A stretch of 64,000 bases of DNA from Octopus sinensis (taxonomy: Eukaryota): positions 46,996,001-47,060,000 of the forward strand of contig NC_043006.1 of assembly GCF_006345805.1 (NCBI RefSeq), given 5' to 3'. The notes beneath the pieces were generated by a model. The model saw only the letters and a list, made by a program, of their open reading frames with translations. It did no database searches and was not told where the DNA came from. The translations under genes were made by a program, and so were the position numbers. Shown here in pieces: positions 13,541 to 27,095 of this stretch. Each line of letters opens with the position of its first letter. Position 1 is the first letter of the stretch.

Positions 13541-13645
13541 AATTCATAAATAAGGGCAAACGAAAAAGTGGTTAATGGACAATATGTCCAATTTTTCGGC
13601 ATATTTGGCATTAGGAGTTTTTTCGTTTGCCGTTATTTATGAATT
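13541..13645. repeat. 27 bp inverted repeat with about 50 bp spacer (mini-MITE or fold-back)
   Basis: AATTCATAAATAAGGGCAAACGAAAAA versus the reverse complement of 13618-13645, one mismatch. Confidence 0.7.
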
Positions 13646-13748
13646 GGTTATAAATTTCACCTTTAAAGGTATTTTTTAATATGCTGGCTATTGATAAGAT
13701 TTTTTTTGGGAAAATAATTTTTGGGGAAAAAAATTTTATCCTACATTA

Positions 13749-13824
<76 letters not shown>

Positions 13825-13825
<1 letters not shown>

Positions 13826-14531
13826 TGTAGTGCGCGTTGCTCAGAATTTCGTTTGCACCGAACTCATTCAGCATTTTGCATCAAATTTTACGAAAAGCTT
13901 GGTGTAAGTCAAGCTCAAACTATACAGAAGATTCAGCTGGACATTGACGATGATTCCTTGGCCAAAGCTCAAATTAAGAAGTGCTACAACCGCTTAAAAC
14001 ATGTCTGTATCTCAGTGGAAATTGAGACGCAATCAAACATACCAATCCGAAGCCGAAACGATGACCTGATTGAGAAAGGTCGATGAATAGTCACGGAAGA
14101 CCGTTGCGTAGCAATCCAGGAAAGTTCTCACGAGGTGGACTATAGTACAAGATCAATAGATTCTATTTAGACAGATGCATTCATGCGGAGAGTGTCTGCA
14201 AAATTTGGCCTCAAGGATTCCGGTGCAGCAGCAAAAGCCACCCCGCATACAAATCGCTCAGGACAGCCTGGAGTTCCACAACGCATGACCCAGACTTTAT
14301 GAAGACCATCATCACTTGTACTGAAGCATGGATTTATGGTTCTGCTCGAAATAATTGTTCATCTTGCGAGAAAGTAAGTCCGTCGAGTGGTATTAGCCCA
14401 GCCTTCTCGCGCGAAGATTTCCACACATGTGTAGGAAGAGTGGTGTCATCTCCCACCCAAACGATTTTACTCGCAAATTTGTAGCTTTGTGTGAAAAAAT
14501 AGAAGTTGAAACTTTTAAAACTCATTACGTG
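13825..14531 (+). mobile_element. Mariner transposon relic, internally deleted
   Basis: FCIKFYEKLGVSQAQT..RSRNDDLIE resembles the mariner N-terminal HTH; [18 protein letters not shown] is a degenerate first catalytic-D block. Confidence 0.8.
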
Positions 14532-14545
14532 TGTGTGTGTGAGTG

Positions 14546-14576
<31 letters not shown>

Positions 14577-14656
14577 TATATATATATGCATATATATGTA
14601 TATATATGTATGTATATATATATATATATATATATGCGTATATATGTATATATATG

Positions 14657-14708
<52 letters not shown>

Positions 14709-15151
14709 TATATATGTATATATATATATATATATATATGTTCGAATCAGATTTACAACCGAGTTTTATAACAACATTGTCGGATGATCTTTCCTTAACT
14801 GGAAAGTGTAAACAGCTTTTAACTGCATTGCAACTATAGTGAAAGCTGATGTCTAGTTGACACTAATGTAAGAAATATAGGAAACACATTCTTCAAACAA
14901 AAACTCTCATCATATTTTATGGGAATAAAAACCTCAAAGGTAATAATGATTATTAGAATTATAATTCAGGGTATCGAAGGGATACCACCATGCTAGAAAT
15001 AACAGTCAAAACTTGACTCTAAAACTGCATTAAATGTTCATACAGCACCAGGTGAGAAGGCAAAAAGACAAAATAAACTAGCAAAAAAAAAATCACTGTA
15101 AAATTCCAGATCCCGGATTTCTGGCTCTGCATAAGAAATAGTTTACACACA

Positions 15152-15259
<108 letters not shown>

Positions 15260-16183
15260 GCCTACACACACAGACACAGGCACACACACATAGCTCTTCG
15301 CTCCGGCATTCGAAACTCCCAGTAATATAATTGCAACCTTTTACAGTTTGCGCGAACACACACACAAACATGATGATATTAGAAATACCAAATTTTTTTC
15401 TTTGTTTTATTCATTGCAGAATATTGAAGATGTAGAAATATAATATTTTGTTTCATACTATGTTTATATAAGAATAGAGGCGACGATATTATGTTCTCAC
15501 TGGGTAGTTCCAAGCTTACATCCGAAACTCAATAAATTAATATCTCCAAACTTACCATTAACAAATCTTACCAGTAAACAATCTTTGAGAATTGCGTGCC
15601 TGGTACAGTGTAATATTACATGGCGTCTACACAGTGTCAATAACACCATTACTTAAAGAACTAACAGCACTAATGCAACCGCTTTGGATATTGCTGTTGC
15701 TTTTGTTGACGATATTACTGGAGCCGTTGTTGTTATTACTGAGCATGTTGTTGTTTTTCGATGATGTTGCATCAGCTGCGATTACCAATAGTGTTACTAG
15801 CGGTATTGCTACCTCTACATCGTCAGAACAAATGCCATGCAATAGAAAATGATGCTTTGTCAATGCCCTTCAAATTTCTATAAATAGCAATTAATCAACT
15901 TTGAGCGTCGTCATCATCATCATCATCATCATCATCATTAACATCGACGTCGTCATCATCGTAGACAAAAACTTCTCGACTTTTATTTTTTCTCTCCTAG
16001 AATGATTAAAGGTAGCGTTTCATGCTCAGACTTCTGTGAATCTACCGCCGTATTCGTCACCACCACTGTCTTCAGCTGCATAGCAAAACAGTACAACCCA
16101 CTGTCACCACGTCTCAATGGAAAAAAGAAAAAGAAGCATTAATAGTAATGCAATTACTAAACCACTACTGCTTACTACTGCTG

Positions 16184-16184
<1 letters not shown>

Positions 16185-16237
<53 letters not shown>

Positions 16238-16247
16238 ATAATAATAA

Positions 16248-16346
<99 letters not shown>

Positions 16347-16421
16347 CAACAACAACGAACACAACAATACAGCAACACAACAGCAACAACAACAACAATA
16401 ATAATAATAATAATAATAATG

Positions 16422-16459
<38 letters not shown>

Positions 16460-16552
16460 TTCCAAATTGTTGTCTCTTGAGGTATCTGGGTGAGACTTGG
16501 AGCCAACTTGTACAAATGTAAAGCAAAAGTCAAACATAAAATAATAATAATG

Positions 16553-16592
<40 letters not shown>

Positions 16593-16735
16593 CAACAACA
16601 ACGTGATAACAACATAACAACAACGTGAACATCCAACCTGTTGTCTCTTGAGGTCTCTGGGTGAGACTTGGAGCCAACTTGTACAGACATAAAGCAAAAG
16701 TCAAACATAGAATGATAATAATAATAATAATAATA

Positions 16736-16770
<35 letters not shown>
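16185..16770. repeat. Compound (CTA)n/(AAT)n/(CAA)n microsatellite containing two LINE 3' stubs
   Basis: Direct reading. Confidence 0.95.
16460..16709 (+). mobile_element. Two ~78 bp 3'-end stubs of a Dong-type LINE (16460-16538, 16632-16709), each followed by (AAT)n
   Basis: Near-identical TCTTGAGGT(A/C)TCTGGGTGAGACTTGGAGCCAACTTGTAC..AAAGCAAAAGTCAAACATA; the same sequence ends the coding relic at 4771-5335. Confidence 0.75.
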
Positions 16771-19590
16771 GAGGAGTGAATATTAAGCCGAGAAAAGCTA
16801 GAAAAATCAAGCAAAAATATAAAATCAAAGATCTCATAAACCTCCCTGCAACTAAGGAACTGTTGAAACAACGGATACAGTTGAAAGCTCAACGGCTTAG
16901 AAGGTATGACAAAAGAAACAAATTTTATCGACAAAATAAATTTTTTAAGACAGATGCAAAGAAATTTTATAGGGAAATTGGCAAAAATAAAATACACATA
17001 GAAGATCCACCTAAGATTGAGGAAGTGGAGGAGTTCTGGAAGAAGGTATGGAGCAACGAAAAAGAGTTTAATGCTGAGGCTGACTGGATAGAACGTGAGA
17101 AAGAGAGACTGGATGAACTTGAACAGAAATGGGAAGCAATAGGAATAGAGGAGCTAAGGTGTGTCCTTAGGAAGGCTCATAAATGGAAAACCCCAGGACT
17201 GGATCGGATCCCTAACTTCTGGCTGAATTGTTTGACAGAGGTACACGAACATCTCGCTGCATCTCTGTCTGATGTCATTCAGAACCCAGAGCAAATACCT
17301 GCTTGGCTGACTGAAGGAACCACCTACCTATTACCTAAAACCGAAGACACAAAAAACCCAAAGAATTACCGGCCAATAACATGTCTCAACACCACCTACA
17401 AAATCCTCACATCCATAATAACGGAGAGAATGTACGCTTTCCTGAACAAAATTCTATCCTTCCACAAGCTCAAAAAGGTTGTAAAAGAAACTCTTATGGG
17501 TGCAAAGACCAATTGCTCATAAACAGAATGATTGTAGAGAATTGCCGGAGCAAAAACAAAAACCTGAGTATGGCATGGATAGACTACAGGAAAGCGTATG
17601 ACAGTGTCCCACATAAATGGATACTCAAGGCCCTTGAGATATACAAGATCTCTCCTGTCGTCTCAAAATTCTTAGAGAATAGCATGACCATGTGGAACAC
17701 ACGTCTCTTTCTAAGCCATAGTAATGGGATGAGCCAGTCCAACAGCATCAACATCAAACGAGGCATCTTTCAATGTGACTCCCTCTCTCCATTACTTTTT
17801 TGCATGGCACTGATCCCACTCTCAAACGAATTGGATAGTACCAGATATGGGTACAAAGTTTTTAGTAAATTAATAAACCATCTTTTCTATATGGACGACC
17901 TAAAGCTGTTTGCCAGGAATGACCAAGAGCTAGAAGGGCTGCTAACAACTGTTAAAGAGTTTAGCAATGATATCGGAATGGATTTTGGCCTTGATAAGTG
18001 TGCTAAAGCAACTTTTGTAAGAGGCAAGCTCAGGCAAACAGCTTCTGTTAAATTAGATATTGACACTACCATCAAGGAACTTGACCCACAGGAAAGTTAC
18101 AAATACCTAGGAATCAACGAAGGAGATGGTATACATCATGCTACTATGAAGGAAAAATAAGAAAGGAATACTATAGGAGAATAAGGCTTGTACTGAAGAC
18201 TGAACTCAACTCCAAAAATTGCATTGAGGCCATTAACACCCTGGCACTTCCAGTAGTCCAGTACAGTTTTAATATCATTAACTGGAACCTTACGGAACTC
18301 CAACGCTTAGACAGGAAGAAGAAAGTTACTGACATCCAAGAGCATGCACCACCCTAAGGCAGATGTAGACCGCTTGTACCTACCTAGAAGCAGCGGGGGG
18401 AGAGGAATGATGCAATTAGAGCTGTGCTATAAGACCTCTACTGTAGGAATGAACAGGTACCTATCTAGTACAAAGGACTGGATGCTGCGACTTGTGTGCG
18501 AACACGAAAGCAACAAAAAGCTGCATTCTATTGTCAAGGAAGCTTATAAGTTCGAAAGGGAACTAGACATTAACCTTGAATCAGATGAAGAGCCGGAAAC
18601 CACTGCTACCAAGCAAGCAAAGCGAATCAAGCAGACTGCAAAAAAGAACGGGCAGAATCAAATGAGAGGCGGTGGAGCCAGAAGCCCCTGCATGGACAAT
18701 ATATTCTCCGAAGCCAAATGCTGATGTAGACCAAGCAACAACCCATCAGTGGCTGAAGAGCTCTGGATTGAAAGCAGAGACTGAAGGTTTCATAATGGCA
18801 GCACAAGATCAAAGCTTGTTTACCAGAAATTACCAGGCTAACGTTCTCCGAAACGGTACTGACCCTAAATGCAGATTCTGGGACACATTTTACGAAACGA
18901 TAGACCATCTCGTTTCGGGATGTCCTGTGCTGACACCAAACGAATACAAAAATCGCCACGATAGGGTAGGACAGTATATACATTGGAAGATATGTAAACA
19001 CTACAAATCCGACACTCCTGCTAACTGGTATGAACACCATCCTCAACCAGTTGTTGAAGGTAAAGATGTCACCATCCTCTGGGATTTTCCAGTCAACACT
19101 GACAGAACGATCAAGGCTAATCGACCAGACATAATTGTTAAAGACAGGGAAGAAAATACCTGCAGACTAATAGAAGTAAGCGTCCCCACTGATAAAAATG
19201 TATCTGTCAAGGAATTTGACAAACTTAGTAAATATAAGGACCTGGAAATCGAAATACAGAGGATGTGGAATCTTAAAACAAAAACTGTTCCTGTTATTGT
19301 AGGTGCCCTAGGTATGATAAAAAAGGGATGTCAGAAACACCTAGACAATATCCCTGGAAAACCATGTCTCAAGGAAATCCAAAAGATTGTGCTAACAAGT
19401 ACTGCCCACATCCTTAGAAAAACCCTATCAATGTAAATGTCTGTGTTTGCATTACATGGAGATATATCTCTACTTCCCCTCCCCAAGCTTTCAGCTATAT
19501 TTCAACAACTCTTAACCTTCACTTGCCCTAGGGCGCTGGGTGTGCCCCGGCAGGTGATTGCATCAAACATGCAGATTAAAAGTAAATGAC
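16771..19590 (+). mobile_element. R4/Dong-clade non-LTR retrotransposon, 5'-truncated and frameshifted (RT, zinc knuckle, restriction-like endonuclease) inserted in (AAT)n
   Basis: RT motifs NYRPITCL, WIDYRKAYDSV, RGIFQCDSLSPLLF, YMDDLKL; CRFW..ETIDHLVSGC knuckle; RPDIIV..IEVSVP..K RLE motif; (AAT)n on both flanks; ORF broken at about 17460, 18155, 18320 and 18680. Confidence 0.95.
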
Positions 19591-19635
<45 letters not shown>

Positions 19636-20584
19636 TAACTTGTGTGAGAAATTCACGGAAAATAGAAAATGTAAGCATCTTTAAACAGTGTACTGGTGTC
19701 ATCAGAATTGTTTGCATATTACGACGGCCTGTCTTTACGTTCTGAGTTTAAATTCTGCCAAGATCAGCTTTACCTTTCTTCCTTTAGGGGTCGATAAATT
19801 AAGTACCAATTGTGTATTGGGGTCAACCTAATCAACTGGCCCCATCTCCACAAACGTTTGAGTCACAAACATTTGTGACAGTTACAGAATATAGAAAGTA
19901 ATGTAACACCAATCACTATATAATCCAACCAAAATATCTCAGTTACACGAACGTAAACGGAATTACTATTTAACCTTAAAAAACATCGTACATATTCAAA
20001 GAACCTTCTTCGTTAAGTGGTACGGAACGATTTGTTTTTTTCTGCTATTCTTTTATTCTTTCACTTGTTTCAGGTATTTGAGGACTGCCATGCTGGAGCA
20101 CCACATTTTAGTCGAAGAAATTGATCCCTGGACTTATTCCCTGTAAGCCTGGTTCTTTCTCTCTGCTAATCTTAATGTAGATCTGATATATAATCAAACA
20201 AAACCAGAGGCCAACAAAGGCCTTTATGGCTTCTCCATTGTAGGAGCTTACACTTAAAGACATTGCTCTCGTATATATTTAACCGGTATTACTATATTTA
20301 ACATAAATTAATGTAATCTGGGTAAATTTGAAATGACGTGACTTTCCAAGAGAAGAATTCTAGTGTTATGAAAATAGTTGTCATATAACTTTAATTATGA
20401 TAACCAAGAGACCCTACTTGGAAAATCAAAGTTATGGGAGAAAATCTAGGCTAGTCTTTCCATAAGAGATTTGTAGTGGACAACATGTAGTGGACAAAAT
20501 ATGACCAGTGTTATAGAAAATACTAGAAACTATATAACATGCAATTTACATGTAAGATTTTATACAATGGTATACTCAAAAGGG

Positions 20585-20935
20585 TGTGAAGGTGTCTGGC
20601 TTAGTGGTAAGGGTATTAGACTCATGATCGTAAGATTGTGTTTTCGATTCCAGAAGCGGGCGATGCGTTGTGTTCTTGAGCAATGCACTTCATTTCACGT
20701 TGCTCCAGTTACTCTCAGCTGTCAAAAAGGAGTAATCCTGCGACAAATCGGAGTCTTGCCCCTGAAACCGAGAAACTGGCCCTTATGAACCTGGCATTGG
20801 TCGAGAAGGAAACATTTATTTTTTGCGACAGACCAGCGACCTGTCTAGGTGGGGAACCTATATGCCAATGAAATCGGGAAACCGGCCCTTATGAGCCAAG
20901 CATGGCTCGAGAAGAAACGAACAACAACAACAATA
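20585..20935 (+). mobile_element. Family C-related tRNA SINE with (CAA)n tail
   Basis: TGGCTTAGTGG..TTCGATTCC head; tail GGCTCGAGAAG..AACAACAA shared with 45900-46200. Confidence 0.75.
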
Positions 20936-21407
20936 ATACTTAAAAGAAAATAAATATATTTCTAACGGCAGAATTATTGATCACATAACGTCTGGGCAAA
21001 AACGTTAATTTGCAACAGACTTCCCTCCTGAAACAGAAACCCTTCTCAATGTCTGCATACCTTTAATACATCACCTGGTTGTGTTTCTCTTTCGTATTCC
21101 ATGACAACGCTCAATTATGAACAACACAATGCAACGGAACTACAAGGATCCATGTATATCCTTGAATTCTTCTTCTCTAAGAACTGAAACATGGGTACAA
21201 ACAATTAAACACCATTTTTTTTCTCATTGGTTTCTCAGAAATTTCTTTTAAATATTTGGTACATCGAAACCGGTTATATTTTAAATCACTCACTGTAACA
21301 GAAATATTAAATTCTCTGCCTTCTACTACTTTATTTAATTTTTTTACCATAATTTGATTTGTATGGACTTTTGAAAGCTTTTCAACTATAAATATATATA
21401 TATATAT

Positions 21408-21475
<68 letters not shown>

Positions 21476-21577
21476 TCAATATAGGATGGCAAAAAAAAAA
21501 AATTTTGTAGAATTTTTTTGCCACCAGCGGCCTAGTGGGAAAAAATTAAATAGTCATAGACCATTTTTAAGTTCAGC

Positions 21578-21723
21578 ATCAACAATCAAGGAACGGCCAT
21601 AATAGGCCATTCACCCACTAGAAATAACAGCCAAAGCTTCAAAGCTTGACTTTTATTTGCGGTTGAAGCTTTGGCTGTTATTTCTAGTGGGTGAATGGCC
21701 TATTATGGCCGTTCCTTGATTGT

Positions 21724-21727
<4 letters not shown>
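21578..21727. repeat. Perfect 65 bp inverted repeat with 20 nt loop
   Basis: 21578-21642 is the exact reverse complement of 21663-21727. Confidence 0.95.
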
Positions 21728-21781
<54 letters not shown>

Positions 21782-21787
21782 ATATAT

Positions 21788-22319
21788 AAGGAAGCTGATT
21801 CAATTTGTCTCCACTCGAAAGACGCCTGTTGTGATGTCCTGTTATTTTTATTACTATTGCATGTATATTCGTGTAACAGCGTCCGTTTTTCCGTCCTTGT
21901 TTCGTATACACTCGAAGAAATCCGGGAACTAGAATTATCCAGTAATTCTTTACTAGCTTCATCTTGTCTCTTCGTCTTCTCTCCGTGTTGGCGATATTGA
22001 CAATTAAGGAGGTTCTAGAGTCAGATCATGGCTGCTATTTTCAACATGGTGGTATCTTGTAGATACCCAAATTTATAATTTTAATATATATATACATATA
22101 TGTGTGTGTGTAAGAGTGTGTATCCTTTTATTCTTTTATTTGTTTCAGTTATTTGACTACGACCATGTTGGGGCACCGCCTTTAGGCGAACAAATTCAGC
22201 CCATGACTTCTTCTTTGTAAGCCGAGTACTTAGTCTATTGGTCTCTATTGCCGCACTGCTGAGCTACAAGGATATGATCACACCAAAATCGATTGTCAAG
22301 TGATGGTGGAGGGACAAAG

Positions 22320-22358
<39 letters not shown>

Positions 22359-22891
22359 TATGTATGTATACAAGGTGTCACTAAGCATTATGGTCGGGAC
22401 AGATATTGAGAATACATGGTATATAAATGTCATGTATACATATATACATACATGCATACAATATATATATATATATCTGTAAAATAATATGTGACAATTA
22501 TTCAGTAGCCAAGATAAAACTCTGAGTTTCGGATGCCGAGGTGGAAATCCACAACACCATCTCTTCGGTTATCTCTGGAGACGAATTGAATTCAGCTGGC
22601 TTGTTAGGAATTAAGCCTTACATCAGAGGAAAAAAGTTGATGTGGCAACGGCTGCTGCCAAATCTAAAATGGCCAGTAGTAGCCAGCGGTCACGTGAGAA
22701 GAGAAGCGCGAGAAAAAGAAGGACAAAGGAATTAAGGAGGGGGAGAAGAGAGAGAAGAACAAAGGAAGCTGATTCAATTTGTCTCCACTCGAAAGACGCC
22801 TGTTGTGATGTCCTGTTATTTTTATTATTATTGCATGTATATTCGTGTAACAGCGTCCGTTTTTCCGTCCTTGTTTCGTATACACTCGAAG
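21788..22891. repeat. 130 bp direct repeat (21788-21917 and 22762-22891)
   Basis: AAGGAAGCTGATTCAATTTG..TATACACTCGAAG occurs twice, near-identical. Confidence 0.9.
22513..22573 (-). ncRNA. Degenerate minimal type I hammerhead ribozyme
   Basis: Minus strand GAUAA CCGAAGA GAUG..CAUC(C) GAAACUC a GAGU U/ UUAUC; U4 to C change and a 1 nt stem II offset. Confidence 0.55.
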
Positions 22892-23087
22892 CTTTTTTCC
22901 AAGGAATCTAATGCTTTTAGCTTAGTTTTTCCTCGGGGCTGGCCAGATGGGAGCAATCTCAGGATTAATCAGCCGAAATTGCGAGGATGATCCGGTTCTT
23001 GACCGAAGATTAAAGGCTGCGAATGACCCGTCTGTGTTTTTTGTATCGTCTTTTGGATGTTTTGTATTCTTGTCCCATTTTGTATAT

Positions 23088-23132
<45 letters not shown>

Positions 23133-23139
23133 TTGTATC

Positions 23140-23174
<35 letters not shown>

Positions 23175-23181
23175 TTGTATC

Positions 23182-23221
<40 letters not shown>

Positions 23222-23768
23222 ACATACGTACACTTTGTTCTATTATATATATGTAGCTATATATAAATTTCTATACCTATAAGTGTATACTTGGATGTGT
23301 GAGTAAATGTCTTAGTATAGTCGGGACGATTGTATAACAAGCATTCATCGGGTAAATGTTTTCCGATGACAGAAAAATGTATTAGATTGGTTGGTCAATA
23401 AATCGATAATGGTAGAATGTCTCATCGATAAATACTTCATGTATTAACAGGTATTGATTGAAAAATATAAATAAACAATATAAAAGAAGACATTTTATGA
23501 AAGTGGTTGCCGTTTAGGATAAATGTTAAGAAGATTAAATGGAAGTTTGCTGGTGAATTCGCTATGGTTCCTGTAAGATGGCGAAGCTCATATAACTATA
23601 GATTCACACACTCACACACTCACACACTCGCACACTCACACACGTAAACGCTTAAGTAGAAACACATTCAGGCAAATTCAGGCACAGACACACGCTACAC
23701 CTATATCTGTCGTTTATATATATAGATATATATGCATGTATGTATATATATATATATATGTATGTATG

Positions 23769-23801
<33 letters not shown>

Positions 23802-25456
23802 AATATATATATATGTGTGTGTATGTGTATATGCATATATGTGCCTATATGTATGCATATATATGTATATATATATAAATATTCATCATATAAATGTTTA
23901 TGAGATCTATATGAAAGATACGTATACGTACATGTATGTATGTATGTATGTACACAATTGTATATGATGCATTACATTTGAAATTATAATCCCTGAAGAA
24001 TCCTTATACATTTCATTCATTGGATATATCATGCAGTTCATGAAGTTTCGAAAACTGTTAAAATGTTTCGCTGCAAAATGGAAGCATCGCAAAGAGATAA
24101 ACCAATCCACAGTATTTAAGATTAAGGAAGTGATTAGCAAACGGAAAACGTTTTATCTTAAAAGTAGATTCCGCTCTATTAATCTCCAAATAGATTTTTA
24201 CTACTTATTTTACGTTTTAATGTTGTCCTCGATTCACGTCCCTACGTATTTTGCCTTACACGTACATTATCAATATTGATAGGGCTGTTGATAGGGCTGT
24301 TACACATACATTATCAATGTTGATGGGGAAATGTTGGCTCCGTTTATGCTCTTTGATAAATTTGGATCACTTCTGAACACAAATATTTATATAAGGAGCG
24401 AATGAGAGTAACCTTTGCATGGTATATCTACTTCATAGAAGTAACACGCGTGTATATCATAAATGATATACTATGGGCCATGGAAAAAAATGGTAAGTCA
24501 CATATGATACGCTACCTGACAAGAATGCTTACAACAGTTTGAATGCTATTTGCTCAATGAAAACTTGCATGAGGCAGAAAATATTCTTTAGATATTACTA
24601 AACTGTTGACCAATAAATTTACAGTTTTTAATACAGAGCATCTCAGATCCTATGCCAAATAATCTTATGGTCTAATTCCAGTGTCTATCACCAAGCAGTT
24701 AGTTAAATTGTAATTACTCGATCCTTAATAAAAAAAATGCCTTTTATTTAAGAGTCTCATCGAGTAGCTTTTGTGATTATGTGTCATAGCTGGAGTTATC
24801 AATTATCATAACACTTAGGTTTATTATTTTTCTTCAGGAAGTGAACAGGCAGAATCATTAGCACAGCGTGTTCAGCAGTATTTCGTCTGTCGTTACGCTT
24901 TGATTTGAAATTCCTCCGAGGTCAACATACCCTTTCTTCCTTTAGGGGTCAATAAAATAAGTGCCAACTGAACCCTAGGGTCAATGAAATCGACTTTCCC
25001 ACTTCTTCGAATTTGCTGACCTTCAGTCAAAATCTAAAACTCTTGATATTTATGTGCATTGATATAAACCAGATCATTTTAATACACTTGCGTGTTTCTC
25101 TTCTTATCAGATTGAAAGTAATCCGAAAGTAATTTCAATGTATGCGATCATAAACAATCGGAAAAATGTGTAAATATCTTTTGTTAAAGGTGCTTCTACT
25201 TAAAAGTGAACAACCGATAGCTTTTATCGTGTGTGTACTGGTTGGAATGATACCAAATTTCTCAACAGTAAACAAAAAATAACAAAACAAAAGACATTCA
25301 TTGTTTGATACAAGCATGCTTCTACTATAGCGTCCAACGCTAAGTATTCTTAGAAAGAGCTAAGTAACCCAAATCTGCTCCATCAAAAATGTCAACGACA
25401 TAGTAGCCGGTCTTTCCACTCTGATAACAGAGGCTAGTTTTACGATTGCTTTAATA

Positions 25457-25845
25457 GGTGCAGGAGTGGCTGTGCGGTAAGTAGTATGCTTACCAACCAC
25501 ATGGTTTCGGGCTCAGTACTACTGTGTGTCTCCTACTATAGCCTCGGACCGACCAAAGCCTTATGAGTGGATTTGGCAGACGGAAACTTAAAGAAGCCCG
25601 TAGTTTATATGTGAGTGTGTGTGTGTGTGTGTATGTGTGCGTGTGTGTGTATGTCTCCCCGCTATCGCTTGACAACCGATGCTAGTGTGTTTACGTCCCC
25701 CGTAACTTAACGGTCCAGCAACAAAGAGAGATAGAATAAGTACTAGCCTTATAAAGAATAAGTCTTGGGACCAATGTTTTCGACGAAAGAAGGTGCTCTA
25801 GCATGACCGCAGTAAAATGACTGAAATAAATAAGAGAGTAAAGAG
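25457..25845 (+). mobile_element. Family A SINE
   Basis: Colinear with 3637-4164. Confidence 0.9.
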
Positions 25846-26057
25846 TATATGACTTCAAGTTGCATATTCTTAAATTTTTGCAAAATTACGTTATAGCGAA
25901 TCACTAAAAAAAGATGTCGGATATCAAATACCATTACTTCTAGATATCTGTATGTTTTGTACTCCTTGTAAATCTGTTCTGCAGATATATATAAATATCT
26001 ATATACTTATACACGAGTTTTCATCTTCTGAATTTTTTCAGATTTTCTTTCCATATA

Positions 26058-26098
<41 letters not shown>

Positions 26099-27055
26099 TA
26101 GATAGATAGATAGATAGATATCCTTAAATATTTGTACATACGTATATGTATGTATGTCTCTTCTTTTCTCACTGTATATATATATATACACGTATGTATG
26201 TATGTATGTATGTATGTATGTATGTATGTATGTATGTATGTATGTGTGTATGTGTACGCATCTATATGTATGTGTGTGTGTGTGTGTATTTTACTTAGAA
26301 TCAGGAAGATCATGTGCCTAACATACCTGACTACAATGAAAACACCAATCAATATTTCACCTTCATCTTTCGTTTCGTAACTGAATTGTATTTTTGATTT
26401 ACTTTCGTAGTTTATAGCCTAAATTCATTTTTCATCAAATTTCGACCCAGTGAATGAGTCCAACATGTTTGCTAACCTTACTAGACTTAAGAAATCACAG
26501 CAAACCATCTTTAAAACATGACAACAGTTATTACAACTGGAATGTTTTTTAACATAGATTACTTCAAATATATGGTGGCCATGGTACTAAATAACAATAG
26601 CAGGAATAACATCAACAACCAGCTTCTTTCAGTTTTCTTAGACTTGTATCGCCCATACTTCTCTCTCTGTCTCAGTCTGTCTGTATGTCTCTGTCTCTTT
26701 CTCACGCGCGCTGTTGTATATATTACTATCTATAAATAATCTATTTCGTTTTTGTCCAATCTATTACCGTCTATTCTCTTCGCTTGTTGTACATCCCCTT
26801 CCCCAAACCTGCAATTCTGTTTTGGCCTCATTTCCATTAATCCTTCTGAGAATTAACGGTCAGGAATTTTGTACTGAAAATAACTAACCAAATATAACAC
26901 GTATTGACGAGCTACTTACTGGCCACAAGTCCGATTCCTCCTCCCTGTTTCAATCTTCTCGTTGTTTCTGGACATTCTGGCACGTTCCAAATGTAGCAAC
27001 CCTGTCCTCCTCTTAGATAATTGCTTCATCATTCTCGCTCTCAATATCTCTCTCC

Positions 27056-27095
<40 letters not shown>

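Noticed and set aside
15627-15863. Asn/Ser-rich ORF with a short hydrophobic stretch
   Set aside because: Low complexity; no convincing in-frame splice acceptor or start.
18757-18785. CTGAAGAG..GAAAG motif
   Set aside because: Lies in the LINE coding sequence (WLKSSGLKAE) and has no supporting stems.
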